A stretch of DNA of 64,000 nucleotides from NCBI GenBank assembly GCA_052279835.1, contig CP181291.1, forward strand, positions 2,688,001 through 2,752,000, in the 5' to 3' direction. A program made the position numbers and the translations under genes. Shown here in pieces: positions 41,799 through 51,909 of the stretch (its first letter is position 1; each line of letters begins with the position of its first letter). The notes beneath the pieces were generated by a model. It was not told the DNA's origin and did no database searches. It saw only the letters and a program-made list of their open reading frames with translations. Source of the DNA: Microcoleus sp. (GTDB lineage Bacteria > Cyanobacteriota > Cyanobacteriia > Cyanobacteriales > Microcoleaceae).

Positions 41799-43619
41799 AT
41801 GGCCAGCTTTCGGGACATCTTAAAATACTACAGCCACTACTGGAAAATTTCAGTTTTGAGCATAGGCGCATCCAGCCTTTTGGCACTAGCCGATTTGCTT
41901 GTGCCCTACGCGATCGGTCAAACATTAAACGTATTGTCGGGTAAACCTACAGATAATGTTACCCAAAAACTGATCTCCGCGATCGCCTCTGTTACCCAGC
42001 AACCAGTCAACCAAACATTATCACTAGCCGTCTTGCTGGGGTTAATTTTTGTGGTAAGTGTAGTAAAATCACCGATCGAACCTTGGGTAGGAAATTGGTT
42101 CCACTGGGTAATACCATTGACAGCGAGGCGCGATCAAATGAGAAATGCGATCGGCAAAATCCTCACCTTACCCCTAGAATTCTACGACGAAAACAACGCC
42201 GGACGGATTTCCAGTCGCATCGCCAAAGGCGTCGCTAACTACACCTGGACCTACCCAGAAATTGCTGGGGAATTCATCCCCGAAGTCGTCCGCTTAATTG
42301 GCATTTTTGCAGTCATCTGGTTAATGGAGTGGCGAATTGGCTTATTAATTTTGCTTTCCTTCCTCTTGATCCTCGGTTTCACCCTCAAAGGTTTGCAAGA
42401 GGTTACTAAGCGGGAAGAAATTCTGGATGAATACATCGAAGATACCGAAAGTCGCAACTCGGAAATTATCACCAACATCAAAACAGTCAAAGCTTTTGCG
42501 ACAGAAACAGAGGAACTAAAAAGGCAAACCACCAGACTCGATCGCGAATTAAAAGTAGTGATCCACCGCATTCACAAAGGATACGTCACCCTGGGGACAT
42601 ACCAGCAGACATTTGTCCAGTTGTGTTTGTTTTCTGTTCTCGGTTTTAGCCTCGCAGCCACGGTGGGAGGCAAAATTTCCATCGGATATTTTGTTACCAT
42701 CTACACTTTGGCAAGCATGGCCTATTCCCAACTACGGCCGATTAGCATTATCGCCGAAGTATTTGCCCGCCGCTATGCTTCCATGATCCGGTTCCATGAG
42801 TTTATGGAAACGTCAGAGGGTGTAGATGCGATTAATTTAGCAGAAAATGCTAGAGCCGCACAGCCACCTTATAAATTTACTGGTAAGGTTGAGCTTAGCG
42901 GTTTGACATTCGGTTACGACAGTGAAAAACCTGTGTTGCAGGATGTGAATTTATTGATTCATCCCCGTCAAACCATAGCATTAGTAGGGCGATCGGGTTC
43001 GGGGAAATCGACTTTAGTGAAACTGCTGTTTCGCTATTTTGAACCCAACTCCGGGCGGATTCTGATCGATGGGGAAGACATTCGCAGCTTAGATGTGACT
43101 CGTTACCGCCAGCGTTTAGCCATTGTTCACCAAGAAGTAGACGTTTTTAACGGTACTTTGCTCGAAAATCTGACTTACGGAAACAGAAGTGCCACTTTCG
43201 AGCAAGTGGAGGATGCTTGTCGCATCGCCAAAGTAGACGATTTTGTACAGTTGTTGCCCCACGGTTACTATACCGTGGTTGGGGAGCGAGGAATGCGCTT
43301 GTCCGGTGGTCAGCGACAGCGATTGGGTATTGCTAGGGCGCTGTTAGTGGAGCCGGATGTGTTAATTTTCGATGAGGCTACTTCGAGTTTGGATTATGAA
43401 AGCGAGCGATCGATCCAGATAGCGATGCGAAATATCCTCGGTACGCGCACTACCATCATTATTGCCCACCGACTCAGTACCATTCGTGAAGCCGATGCGA
43501 TCGTCGTACTCGATCGCGGTAGAATCGTCGAAGTTGGCAGCCACAACGAACTGTTGAACCAACAAGGCATTTACCGGAGGCTGCACTCCCTGCAAGAAAC
43601 CGGCCAGTTGCTTGATTAG
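41799..43619 (+). CDS. ABC exporter, fused permease/ATP-binding subunit
   Basis: TM domain, GRSGSGKST, LSGGQRQR, IFDEATSSLD, AHRLST. Confidence 0.93.
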   Translation: MASFRDILKYYSHYWKISVLSIGASSLLALADLLVPYAIGQTLNVLSGKPTDNVTQKLISAIASVTQQPVNQTLSLAVLLGLIFVVSVVKSPIEPWVGNWFHWVIPLTARRDQMRNAIGKILTLPLEFYDENNAGRISSRIAKGVANYTWTYPEIAGEFIPEVVRLIGIFAVIWLMEWRIGLLILLSFLLILGFTLKGLQEVTKREEILDEYIEDTESRNSEIITNIKTVKAFATETEELKRQTTRLDRELKVVIHRIHKGYVTLGTYQQTFVQLCLFSVLGFSLAATVGGKISIGYFVTIYTLASMAYSQLRPISIIAEVFARRYASMIRFHEFMETSEGVDAINLAENARAAQPPYKFTGKVELSGLTFGYDSEKPVLQDVNLLIHPRQTIALVGRSGSGKSTLVKLLFRYFEPNSGRILIDGEDIRSLDVTRYRQRLAIVHQEVDVFNGTLLENLTYGNRSATFEQVEDACRIAKVDDFVQLLPHGYYTVVGERGMRLSGGQRQRLGIARALLVEPDVLIFDEATSSLDYESERSIQIAMRNILGTRTTIIIAHRLSTIREADAIVVLDRGRIVEVGSHNELLNQQGIYRRLHSLQETGQLLD

Positions 43620-43630
43620 TCAACGGATTT

Positions 43631-43751
43631 GGGAGCATCCCGATTTGGTAAGGGCGAAGCCTGACGGCTGTAAATCTCTGGTTATGACTAATAAATTGTC
43701 TACCGTCAGGCTTCGCCCCTACGAATATATTTGGAAAACACAGATGCACCC
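43631..43751. repeat. Nested REP-like palindrome
   Basis: GTAAGGGCGAAGCCTGACGG / CCGTCAGGCTTCGCCCCTAC inside GGGAGCATC / GATGCACCC. Confidence 0.7.
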
Positions 43752-43915
43752 AAGGGTTTTTGATTGGGGATTGAAATTTCCCAATTCCCGATCCCGGAGT
43801 TACGGTGTCCTATAGCCCGTGCTTTACTTATACATTCTACCTATTTGATTAGTATTTTAAATGTATTGTTGCAAACCCAGAAAATAGTGATAAGGTATTT
43901 AACTGTGGTGCAAAT

Positions 43916-44000
43916 GGGTCGATGCCCGAGCGGTTAATGGGGGCGGACTGTAAATCCGCTGGCTACGCCTACGCTAGTTCAAATCTAGCTCGGCCCACCA
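43916..44000 (+). tRNA. tRNA-Tyr (GTA)
   Basis: GCGGA-CTGTAAA-TCCGC anticodon arm, long variable arm, encoded CCA. Confidence 0.95.
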
Positions 44001-44064
44001 CTTTTTAATTAAAAGTTAAAATTTAAAAGTTAAAATTTTTAATTTGATATTTTTAATTGTCTAT

Positions 44065-44136
44065 GCCCGTATAACTCAGTGGTAGAGTACCTCCTTGGTA
44101 AGGAGGAAGTCACGAGTTCAAATCTCGTTACGGGCT
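44065..44136 (+). tRNA. tRNA-Thr (GGT)
   Basis: GCCCGTA/TACGGGC acceptor, CCTCC-TTGGTAA-GGAGG; usual Tyr-Thr pair. Confidence 0.93.
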
Positions 44137-44287
44137 TACTGCGTCCTAGTATATCTGTAAAGCGTTTCAGGTTTATCAGATAGTAAAAGAGTTAGTTATC
44201 CGCTCACATCTCGCTCAGTCCTGCTCTTCCGATTCAGGCTCGCCAGAAAATACTTTTTCGGCTCCACTTTGGTGCTAATGGTTTTAT

Positions 44288-45574
44288 CAAAAAATTGGGT
44301 TGAAAACCCCGTCCTTAAGGACGGCTTTAATTCTTTGGTAGATTTTACCGAGCCTGTTAGAATGGAATAGTAAAACAAAGGACAAAGAATGAAAGCAAGA
44401 TTCCAATACAGATTCTATCCTACCACTCAACAACGCCAAAGTTTAGCGCAGTTGTTTGGTTGCGTGAGAGTTGTTTGGAATGATGCCTTAACTCAAAGCA
44501 AGTCAGGAAAATATCCAGGCTACAATACTCTATCCAAATCTCTAACTCTATCTAAAAAGACAGAAGAGAGAGCCTGGTTAAACGATGTATCATCCGTGCC
44601 ATTACAGCAATCCCTCAAACAATTAGATGTTGCTTACAAAAACTATTTTGACTCTCTAAAAGGGAAAAGGAAAGGCAAAAAAGTCGGTCAACCCAGGTTC
44701 AAAAAAAAGACTAACAGTCAATCTGCAACTTTTGTCAAATCGGGTTTTTCTATCAAAGGTGAGTCCGTCTATCTGGCAAAAATCGGAAATGTTAGTCCTA
44801 TCTGGTCGAGACAACTGCCATCAAACCCTAGCTGTGTCACAGCAATCAAAGACTGCGCCCACCGTTATTTCCTGAGCTTTGTTGTAGAGATTAATTCCGA
44901 TATTGTCGAAGCTAAAAACCACAGCATCGGCATCGATCTGGGCATTAAAACCTTTGCAGTGATGAGCGACGGAAGAGCGGCTAAAAGTCCAAGCTACAAA
45001 CAGTTAGACCGAAAAATTCGCAGACTGCAACGCAAATTGGCAAGGCAGCCCAAAGACTCAAAGCGCCGCAACAAAACTCGCATTCAGATTGCGAAACTGT
45101 ACAATCAAATTGGGGATACTCGTAAAGACTTTCTGCACAAACTATCGACCAAAGTTGTTAGTGAGAATCAAAGGATTATTTTGGAAGATTTGAACGTGTC
45201 TGGTATGGTCAAAAACCGCAAACTTGCCAGGGCGATTAGCCAACAGGGATGGTACGAGTTTAGGACTTTATGCGAGCGTCAGTCTGAAAAGTATGGCAGA
45301 GAGTTTAGGGTAATTAGTCGCTGGGAACCAACAAGTCAAATCTGTTCAAATTGCGGTTTTAGATGGGGAAAATTGGATTTAAAAATCCGCTCGGTTCAAT
45401 GCTTGAATTGCGGCAACGAACACGATCGCGATGAGAATGCAGCGAAGAATATAAACAAAGTCGGGATAGGGCATTGCCACGACTCTAAATGGACACAGAG
45501 AGAAGGTAAGACCACTTGTGGCACATCTCCGTGAAGTGTCAAGAATCCCACGGTACGGCCGGGGAGTATGTCAA
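44288..45574 (+). mobile_element. IS200/IS605-family tnpB-only element (IS1341-like)
   Basis: TTTAT before the left end, subterminal hairpins (GGGTT-GA-AAACCC; CCGTCCTTAAGGACGG), right end ...GGGGAGTATGTCAA. Confidence 0.8.
44389..45534 (+). CDS. tnpB: RNA-guided endonuclease TnpB
   Basis: GIDLG, ILEDL, CSNCG/CLNCG zinc finger, HDRDENAA; RuvC D-E-D intact. Confidence 0.95.
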   Translation: MKARFQYRFYPTTQQRQSLAQLFGCVRVVWNDALTQSKSGKYPGYNTLSKSLTLSKKTEERAWLNDVSSVPLQQSLKQLDVAYKNYFDSLKGKRKGKKVGQPRFKKKTNSQSATFVKSGFSIKGESVYLAKIGNVSPIWSRQLPSNPSCVTAIKDCAHRYFLSFVVEINSDIVEAKNHSIGIDLGIKTFAVMSDGRAAKSPSYKQLDRKIRRLQRKLARQPKDSKRRNKTRIQIAKLYNQIGDTRKDFLHKLSTKVVSENQRIILEDLNVSGMVKNRKLARAISQQGWYEFRTLCERQSEKYGREFRVISRWEPTSQICSNCGFRWGKLDLKIRSVQCLNCGNEHDRDENAAKNINKVGIGHCHDSKWTQREGKTTCGTSP

Positions 45575-45623
45575 CTCAACCATACTGTACGAGTGCAAGT
45601 GGAGTCTATCGGATTTTTTCGAT

Positions 45624-46871
45624 TCAAAACACTGTTCCGTCGCTGGTTATCTGAATTGGCGGCACTCCACCAGCCCTCAATTCTCCGGCGATTTTCCGCC
45701 CCGCGCCCCAAGTTCCTCCTTGCAAAATCTTCACCAGCGGCAAATCAGTCGCACTCAAATCCAGCTTTTCTCGAATAGCTGTGGCAATTTTATCTAACAG
45801 ATGCACCGTGAGCGATCGCCATTCTACTATCACCTCCGAACCCGGTAAATAACTCTCGGCAAAAATCCCTAAATCTTTTGCCTGCAATAGCCCAATATCC
45901 AAACAAAAACCGCCGTTGCGATACTCAGACAATCCCGTTAACTCATCTAATTCCACGACTTCTAAACCAAGCTCTTGTAGCGGTTCCAACAGGGAATAAG
46001 TTAACCACTGGGAAAGTTTGTGAAACGGCACAAATTCCGAGTGCTGATATTCTGCCAACAGAGCCGGATGTGGCCAAACATCGCCTAAATTCACACCTCC
46101 AATTACATATCTCCCAGGCCAAATTTCCCCAAATCCTGTCAAAACAGCGCTCAAAACTTCCTGGGCCTTGATAGTTTTGAATCCACAAGAGTGAGTATCT
46201 AGCAAGTATTTTGCCAAATTGCCAGGGCGCGGGTTTTCTGGGCCAAACAATAATGGATGTTGGCAAATCGCCTTTCCCAAACGCTGCAACAATTCTAATC
46301 TACCCCCTAAACCAACTAGCGGATTTTCTCGACTTACTTGAAATCCAGTCGCTAAGGTTTCTAAGGTTAATTCAGAAAGTCCTAGAGCATCAGCTTGCCA
46401 CGGAAAATCGGGATTGCTGGAAAAAAGACCTTGACAAAACATCCGAAAAGTGGCTACGGCTAAGCCTTCGGAACGGCGGTAAATCTGTCCTGTTTCGGCT
46501 TCGCAATAGTGCCAATCTGCACCCGCACCGGCATCAAGCAAAACACTGATAATGGCTAAGTCAAATTTGATTTTAGTCTTTTCCAGGAGTGTAAGTTCTG
46601 CTATTTCTAGATCTAATTGAGCGAGTCGGGGCTGGTTTCCCACTTCAAAATGCCGCCAGCGACTGTGAAAGGGTATCTGGAAATCGGGATACTGTTCCCT
46701 AGTTGTCTCCATCACATAATTGGCAGCTTGGTCGAGTTTGGTTAAATCGATGCGGAAATGGCGGAGTTTATCTTCGGAGGCTAAATTAAACAGCCGATCG
46801 CACTTGTGGCGAATAGCAGCAGGTGTCCTCAGATATTCCACGGTTTCTAACTCTTTACTATTCAAGTTCAT
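45624..46871 (-). CDS. URC4/Urg3 (DUF1688) uracil catabolism protein
   Basis: IPFHSRWRHF, SVLLDAGAG, RSEGLA, PFHKLSQWLTYSL, TGLSEYRNGG, ILQGGTW. Confidence 0.9.
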   Translation of the reverse strand: MNLNSKELETVEYLRTPAAIRHKCDRLFNLASEDKLRHFRIDLTKLDQAANYVMETTREQYPDFQIPFHSRWRHFEVGNQPRLAQLDLEIAELTLLEKTKIKFDLAIISVLLDAGAGADWHYCEAETGQIYRRSEGLAVATFRMFCQGLFSSNPDFPWQADALGLSELTLETLATGFQVSRENPLVGLGGRLELLQRLGKAICQHPLLFGPENPRPGNLAKYLLDTHSCGFKTIKAQEVLSAVLTGFGEIWPGRYVIGGVNLGDVWPHPALLAEYQHSEFVPFHKLSQWLTYSLLEPLQELGLEVVELDELTGLSEYRNGGFCLDIGLLQAKDLGIFAESYLPGSEVIVEWRSLTVHLLDKIATAIREKLDLSATDLPLVKILQGGTWGAGRKIAGELRAGGVPPIQITSDGTVF

Positions 46872-47950
46872 ATAACTAGGAAACGGTAAACATCATTTTC
46901 TTTAAAAAAGTCAAACTGACTATAATCTAAAATATTATCTAATATAACATTTTTATCTATTTTAATCAATTGATATTCCCACTTAGAACCGCTCACTTCC
47001 CGTTTGATTCTTTCAGAAACTATCACCGAATTTTTATCATATTTCGGAGAGATTATTTTGCTTAAATCTTCCAGCCTATCAGCTATGTTAATATCTTTAC
47101 CGTAGGTACAAGACCGAAATATATACAAATTTCCCTTAGCAACTCCCACCGACAACCCACAAGGTATTTGATGGGAATCGATAAAAATTTTCCAATTTTT
47201 ACACAAACTTTCCATGGCAGCCAGGGCTGAGTGAGATTCGGGGAAAGTGAGCAGGTGTGAATCGCCAACTATACTCCGAATTGTGCCACCGTATTCTTCG
47301 CAAATTGTTTTTTCAAAGGCATCAAAATTGGTGAGTAAATATTCTACATCTTTGATAGAATTAGATTCTTGATAGGCAATAAAACCTCTCAAATCAGCTT
47401 TGATGATGGCTTGATTTTCTACAATTCGCGTCTTATGACTTTGGTCAACTTTGTAGACTCTTTCAGGTTCGCTCATTCCTTTCAAAGAAAACTCATTGAC
47501 GAAGGATGTTTGCACTTCTGCTTTATTGAGGGCTAACCAAGCTGCTTGGGATAAATATATTTCATCCTGGGGAGTAACAGATTCTATGCGAGCTGTTAAA
47601 TTTACTGTATCACCAAAGATATCTTTATCTTGGTGCAAAACATCTCCTAAAGTAATTGAGACGCGAATCGCCAATCGTTCGTCATTGGATTTGCTAGATT
47701 GTTGTGCTCTCAATTCTTGCTGCATTTCTATGGCAGCCATAGCTGCGGCTGTTACACTAGGAAAAATCAGCCAAAATGAATCACCTTCTCCTTTAATCAA
47801 ACTGCCTTCATTTCTGGTGCTAATATCTAAAACAAAAGTTTTGTGTTCGTTCAACAAGCTACTTAATTCCGACTGAGATAATTTTTTTACTCTGACGGTA
47901 TATCCGCAAATATCTGTTTTTACTATCACAGTAGAACGTAAATTAGCCAT
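46868..47950 (-). CDS. Tandem two-domain class III nucleotide cyclase (360 aa from MANLRST)
   Basis: Domain 1 KTDICGYT/IKGEGD/DIFGDTVNLTARIE; domain 2 KADLRGF/RSIVGD/CTYGKDINIADRLE; ATGA overlap with URC4. Confidence 0.85.
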   Translation of the reverse strand: MANLRSTVIVKTDICGYTVRVKKLSQSELSSLLNEHKTFVLDISTRNEGSLIKGEGDSFWLIFPSVTAAAMAAIEMQQELRAQQSSKSNDERLAIRVSITLGDVLHQDKDIFGDTVNLTARIESVTPQDEIYLSQAAWLALNKAEVQTSFVNEFSLKGMSEPERVYKVDQSHKTRIVENQAIIKADLRGFIAYQESNSIKDVEYLLTNFDAFEKTICEEYGGTIRSIVGDSHLLTFPESHSALAAMESLCKNWKIFIDSHQIPCGLSVGVAKGNLYIFRSCTYGKDINIADRLEDLSKIISPKYDKNSVIVSERIKREVSGSKWEYQLIKIDKNVILDNILDYSQFDFFKENDVYRFLVI

Positions 47951-48029
47951 AACCTGCCTTGAGCGATCAAAAAAAAATAGCAATGAGTTTGATTTGACCA
48001 AGATGCGATGAATCGCGCTCGATCTCCAA

Positions 48030-49277
48030 TCAATCTTCCAAATCTCGTCCTTTAGTTTCTGCGAGGATTGTAGCATCGGGTACTCCCAATGGACTGTAAT
48101 AGCCAGCAGCTTTTTTAGCGATGATTTCGACTTGTGCATCTGCGGGAATCCGATCTTCTGGAATGGGGATGCGATCGACTACTTGAATGCCAGAATTGAC
48201 AATGGCATTGTATTTGAGATCGCTCATCGAAACTAAACTGTCAATCCGAGAAATTCCCAACCAGTGCAAAACATCTGGCATTAGTTCTTGAAAGCGCATA
48301 TCTTGAACTCCAGCAACACATTCAGTGCGAGTAAAATACTCATCAGGGCGATCGCCTCCAGTCTGCCTTTTTCTCGCATTGTACACCAAAAACTTAGTTA
48401 CTTCACCCAAAGCTCTGCCCTCCTTGCGAAAGTAAAGAATTACCCCCGATCCCCCTGCTTGTGCTGTTTGGATGCACATCTCAATTCCGTGTACCAAATA
48501 AGGACGACAAGTACAAATATCAGAACCAAAAACATCTGAACCATTACACTCGTCATGTACTCGTACCGCCAACTGCTTCTGTGGGTCAGAAATATGAGCT
48601 ACATCCCCAATAATATAAACTGTAGTTCCCCCAATCGGCGGCAAAAACACCTGCAATTCAGGTCGCTTCACTAAGTCAGAAAACATTCCCCCGGTTTGCT
48701 GAAACAGCACGCGGCGGAGAACTCTTTCTTCCACACCAATTCGATGGGCGATTCCCGGTAAATACCAAACCGGATCGATCGCGATTTTGGTTACTGCCAA
48801 ATTTCCGCCATCTTTCACAATTTTGCCATCAATCACTACCCGATTTTGGGCAATAGCTTCTTGAAGTTCGGGCAGATTAATGTGAGCTTTTGTTACTGCA
48901 ATTGTCGGTCTAATATCGTATCCCTGCTGATAAAACGAGGTGTAAATTTCGCTAACCAAAGCGCCAAAAGGATCGAGAGAAACAATCAAGTTAGCATCAC
49001 CCCAACTGGGGTGGGGTCCGATGTCGGCGGCGGGAGACGTGTTAGTAAAATCGGGGCGGTGATTTGCTTGGAGTGCCCCGTTGGCTACGGCTAGCGCCCG
49101 ATAAACAGAGTAGGAACCGGAGTGAGTGCCGATCGCATTGCGGTGAGAGGATTTGCTAAGACTAGCAATCACCGGGCCTCGTTTCAGCGGATCGATTTCT
49201 CCCCAATAAATAGGAAGAGGTTTTCTGGGAGATATCTTGGGGTGAGAACTTAAAAATATATCCTTGGGTGTTGACAC
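48030..49277 (-). CDS. URC1-type GTP cyclohydrolase II family protein
   Basis: RNAIGTHSGSYSVYRALA, RVHDECNGSDVFGSDICTCRPYL, EGRALGEVTKFLVYNAR. Confidence 0.9.
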   Translation of the reverse strand: MSTPKDIFLSSHPKISPRKPLPIYWGEIDPLKRGPVIASLSKSSHRNAIGTHSGSYSVYRALAVANGALQANHRPDFTNTSPAADIGPHPSWGDANLIVSLDPFGALVSEIYTSFYQQGYDIRPTIAVTKAHINLPELQEAIAQNRVVIDGKIVKDGGNLAVTKIAIDPVWYLPGIAHRIGVEERVLRRVLFQQTGGMFSDLVKRPELQVFLPPIGGTTVYIIGDVAHISDPQKQLAVRVHDECNGSDVFGSDICTCRPYLVHGIEMCIQTAQAGGSGVILYFRKEGRALGEVTKFLVYNARKRQTGGDRPDEYFTRTECVAGVQDMRFQELMPDVLHWLGISRIDSLVSMSDLKYNAIVNSGIQVVDRIPIPEDRIPADAQVEIIAKKAAGYYSPLGVPDATILAETKGRDLED

Positions 49278-49609
49278 AGTTTTTCTGGCTCTAGTTATGG
49301 ATGCTGCTAAAATCTAAAATCGATTGACTAGGGAAATTTTCTCAAAAATTAAAGATTTTTCATTTGTGATTCAGCGATCGGGGCTAAACTGCCAATAATC
49401 AAGGTACATACTCTACCCTAGTTTATCTAGTAATTTTATCTGACTTTTGGCTGATTTTTAGGCAAGAAAATACAGCAAAATACAGAGGAAACCGAAAAAT
49501 TAACAAACAGATTAACCTGAAAATTATAGAGGTTTACAACTCCTGAAATAGTTGCTATAGTTACAAATGATAGCACTAAATTATCCATAAATATTAACTC
49601 ATAGATTGA

Positions 49610-50945
49610 ATGTTGCCAACTACATCTAATTATTTGCTAAAAAATGCTTGCGTGCCGGTGTCTCTGTTGGAGATTCCATCGATCGCGCTGAAGTCCGAAC
49701 CAGTCGCAGTCACAGAGACTGGCGAGGGTTTGTGTGTAGTGGATGTGGAAATTGGCGCCGGGGCGATCGCCAAAATTACCCCCTCCGGTAAGGAACCTTT
49801 ATCACAACTTGCAGATATCCCAGTGGTAGATTGTCGAGGAGGCCTAGTTTGGCCATGCTTTGTGGATATACACACCCATTTAGACAAAGGTCATATTTGG
49901 GAAAGAGCACCCAATCCCGATGGTACATTTGCCAAAGCAATCTTGACAGTGGGCGCTGACACTCAAAAAAACTGGGACCCCAGAGGACATTTATCGGCGG
50001 ATGGAGTTCGGGATTAAGTGCAGCTACGCCCACGGCACCAAAGCCATCCGCACCCATATCGACAGCGGAGGGGAACAGGCAAACTTTAGCTTAGCAGCAT
50101 TTGAAGAGTTGCGGACACAATGGGGCGATCGGCTAATGTTGCAAGCAGTTTCCCTAGTTTCCCTGGAATATTTACTAACACCAGCCGGGGAAAAATTAGC
50201 CGATAAAATGGCAGAAATTGGCGGTATTTTAGGCGGTGTTGCCTATATCAATCCAGACCTAGACCAACAACTAGATCGAGTTTTTGCCCTCGCCCAAGAA
50301 CGAGGCTTAAACCTCGATTTCCACACCGATGAAAATGACGATCCAGAATCAGTAACATTGCGACAAGTAGCCAAAACAGCCATCCGCCATCAATTCCCAG
50401 GTAAAATCATCTGCGGACACTGCTGTAGTTTAGCCGTCCAACCCCCAGAATTAATAACAGAAACTATCACCTTAGTCAAGGAAGCCAATATTGGCATTGT
50501 CAGCTTACCAATGTGCAATCTTTATCTCCAAGACAGACAAGCCCAGCGGACACCGCGCTGGCGGGGAGTGACGCTGGTGCACGAACTCAAAACAGCAGGA
50601 ATTCCCGTTGCTTTTGCTAGCGACAACTGTCGCGACCCCTTTTATGGATTTGGCGACCACGATGTTTTAGAAGTCTTCAATATGGCAGTCAGAATCGCTC
50701 ACTTAGATAGACCCTATGGAGATTGGCCCCGTGCGGTGACAAAGACTCCGGCAGATTTAATGGGATTGCCTAAATTGGGGAAAATAGCAGTAGGTTTACC
50801 AGCAGATTTGATTTTGTTTAAAGCCAGGAACTACAGCGAATTATTATCTAGGTCCCAGCGCGATCGCACAGTGTTGCGACAAGGCATTAAAATAGATACA
50901 ACCTTACCAGACTACCGCGAACTAGACGACTTGCTAACAAATTAA
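49610..50945 (+). CDS. codA: Cytosine deaminase, split by a +1 frameshift at 49978-49981
   Basis: DIHTHLDKGH, RTHID, DFHTDE, GHCCSL, SDNCRDPF; removing one C gives NWDPEDIYRRMEFG. Confidence 0.85.
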
Positions 50946-50948
50946 ACT

Positions 50949-51065
50949 TATAGCAATCCTCACATCAACTGTAAACTATTTCTCTTCTCTTCTCTTCCTT
51001 CGCGTCTTCGCGGTTCGTTAAAATCCATCGCTGTAATCTTGTCAATTCACAACTAACTTGATATA
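50949..51065. repeat. Divergent family C-like element
   Basis: TATAGCAATCC...CT-rich core...TTCGCGGTT...TTGATATA. Confidence 0.45.
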
Positions 51066-51099
51066 AATGTAAAGGTTAATTTAATGGAGGTTATTTTAA

Positions 51100-51774
51100 A
51101 TGAAAGCAGTTATTTTATTGTCGGGAGGGCTGGATTCCTCAACAGTTTTGTATCAAGCTAAAGCCGATGGCTGCGAATGTTACGCGATTTCCTTTGACTA
51201 CCAACAAAGACATCGGCGGGAGTTGGAATCAGCAAGGGCGATCGCACTTGCGGCTGGTGTTAAAGCACATCAGATAGTCAACTTTGACCTCACACTGTGG
51301 GGAGGTTCGGCGCTGACGGATAATCAGATGGATTTGCCGATCGACCGCACTTTGGGAGAAATGTCTCAAAACATCCCCAGTACCTACGTTCCAGCTAGAA
51401 ATACCATCTTTCTCAGCTTTGCCCTCGCCTACGCCGAAACCCTAGGAGCCCAGCGAATTTACATCGGTGTCAACGCTTTAGATTATTCCGGCTATCCCGA
51501 CTGTCGCCTCGATTACATCCAAGCCATGCAGGAAGTATTTCGGTTAGGAACCAAGCAAGGCAGAGAAGGAGAAGCTATTAAGATTATAACACCTTTGATC
51601 GAACTTAAAAAAACCGAAATTATTGAATTGGGTAACAAATTAGGAGTGCCTTGGGAGCAAACTTGGTCTTGCTATGCAGGCGGCGAAAATGCCTGTGGCG
51701 TTTGCGATTCTTGTCGGTTGCGGCTGGCCGCTTTTGAGGAATTAGGCTTAAAAGATCCGGTGCCTTACGCTTAA
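51100..51774 (+). CDS. queC: 7-cyano-7-deazaguanine synthase
   Basis: LSGGLDSST, TYVPARNTIF, YSGYPDCR, TWSCY...CGVCDSC. Confidence 0.96.
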   Translation: MKAVILLSGGLDSSTVLYQAKADGCECYAISFDYQQRHRRELESARAIALAAGVKAHQIVNFDLTLWGGSALTDNQMDLPIDRTLGEMSQNIPSTYVPARNTIFLSFALAYAETLGAQRIYIGVNALDYSGYPDCRLDYIQAMQEVFRLGTKQGREGEAIKIITPLIELKKTEIIELGNKLGVPWEQTWSCYAGGENACGVCDSCRLRLAAFEELGLKDPVPYA

Positions 51775-51797
51775 ATATGGCTGGCGCGCGGGTAGTC

Positions 51798-51861
51798 AGA
51801 AACCGGGTTGTTTCGAGTCTCTTCGCTGTCGCCCGCCGCCACGGTAAAAAACCCGGTTTCT
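51798..51861. repeat. MITE-like element, family B
   Basis: AGAAACCGGGTT / AACCCGGTTTCT. Confidence 0.7.
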
Positions 51862-51909
51862 AAGCATCGCAGTGCGTCAAAAACTGTTAGTTTTGAACCA
51901 GCAGGCTGC

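Noticed and set aside
44137..44245. Integrative element at tRNA-Thr
   Set aside because: No integrase and no duplicated tRNA 3' end found in the window
46868..47950. Pycsar anti-phage system call
   Set aside because: No adjacent TM or TIR cyclic-nucleotide-binding effector, and domain 1 has adenylate-type residues
47951..48139. N-terminal extension of the cyclase ORF
   Set aside because: Overlaps URC1; ATG at 47950 with an AGG upstream marks the domain start
49551..49564. NtcA-like GTT-N8-TAC between URC1 and codA
   Set aside because: Imperfect consensus and no clear -10 box at the expected spacing
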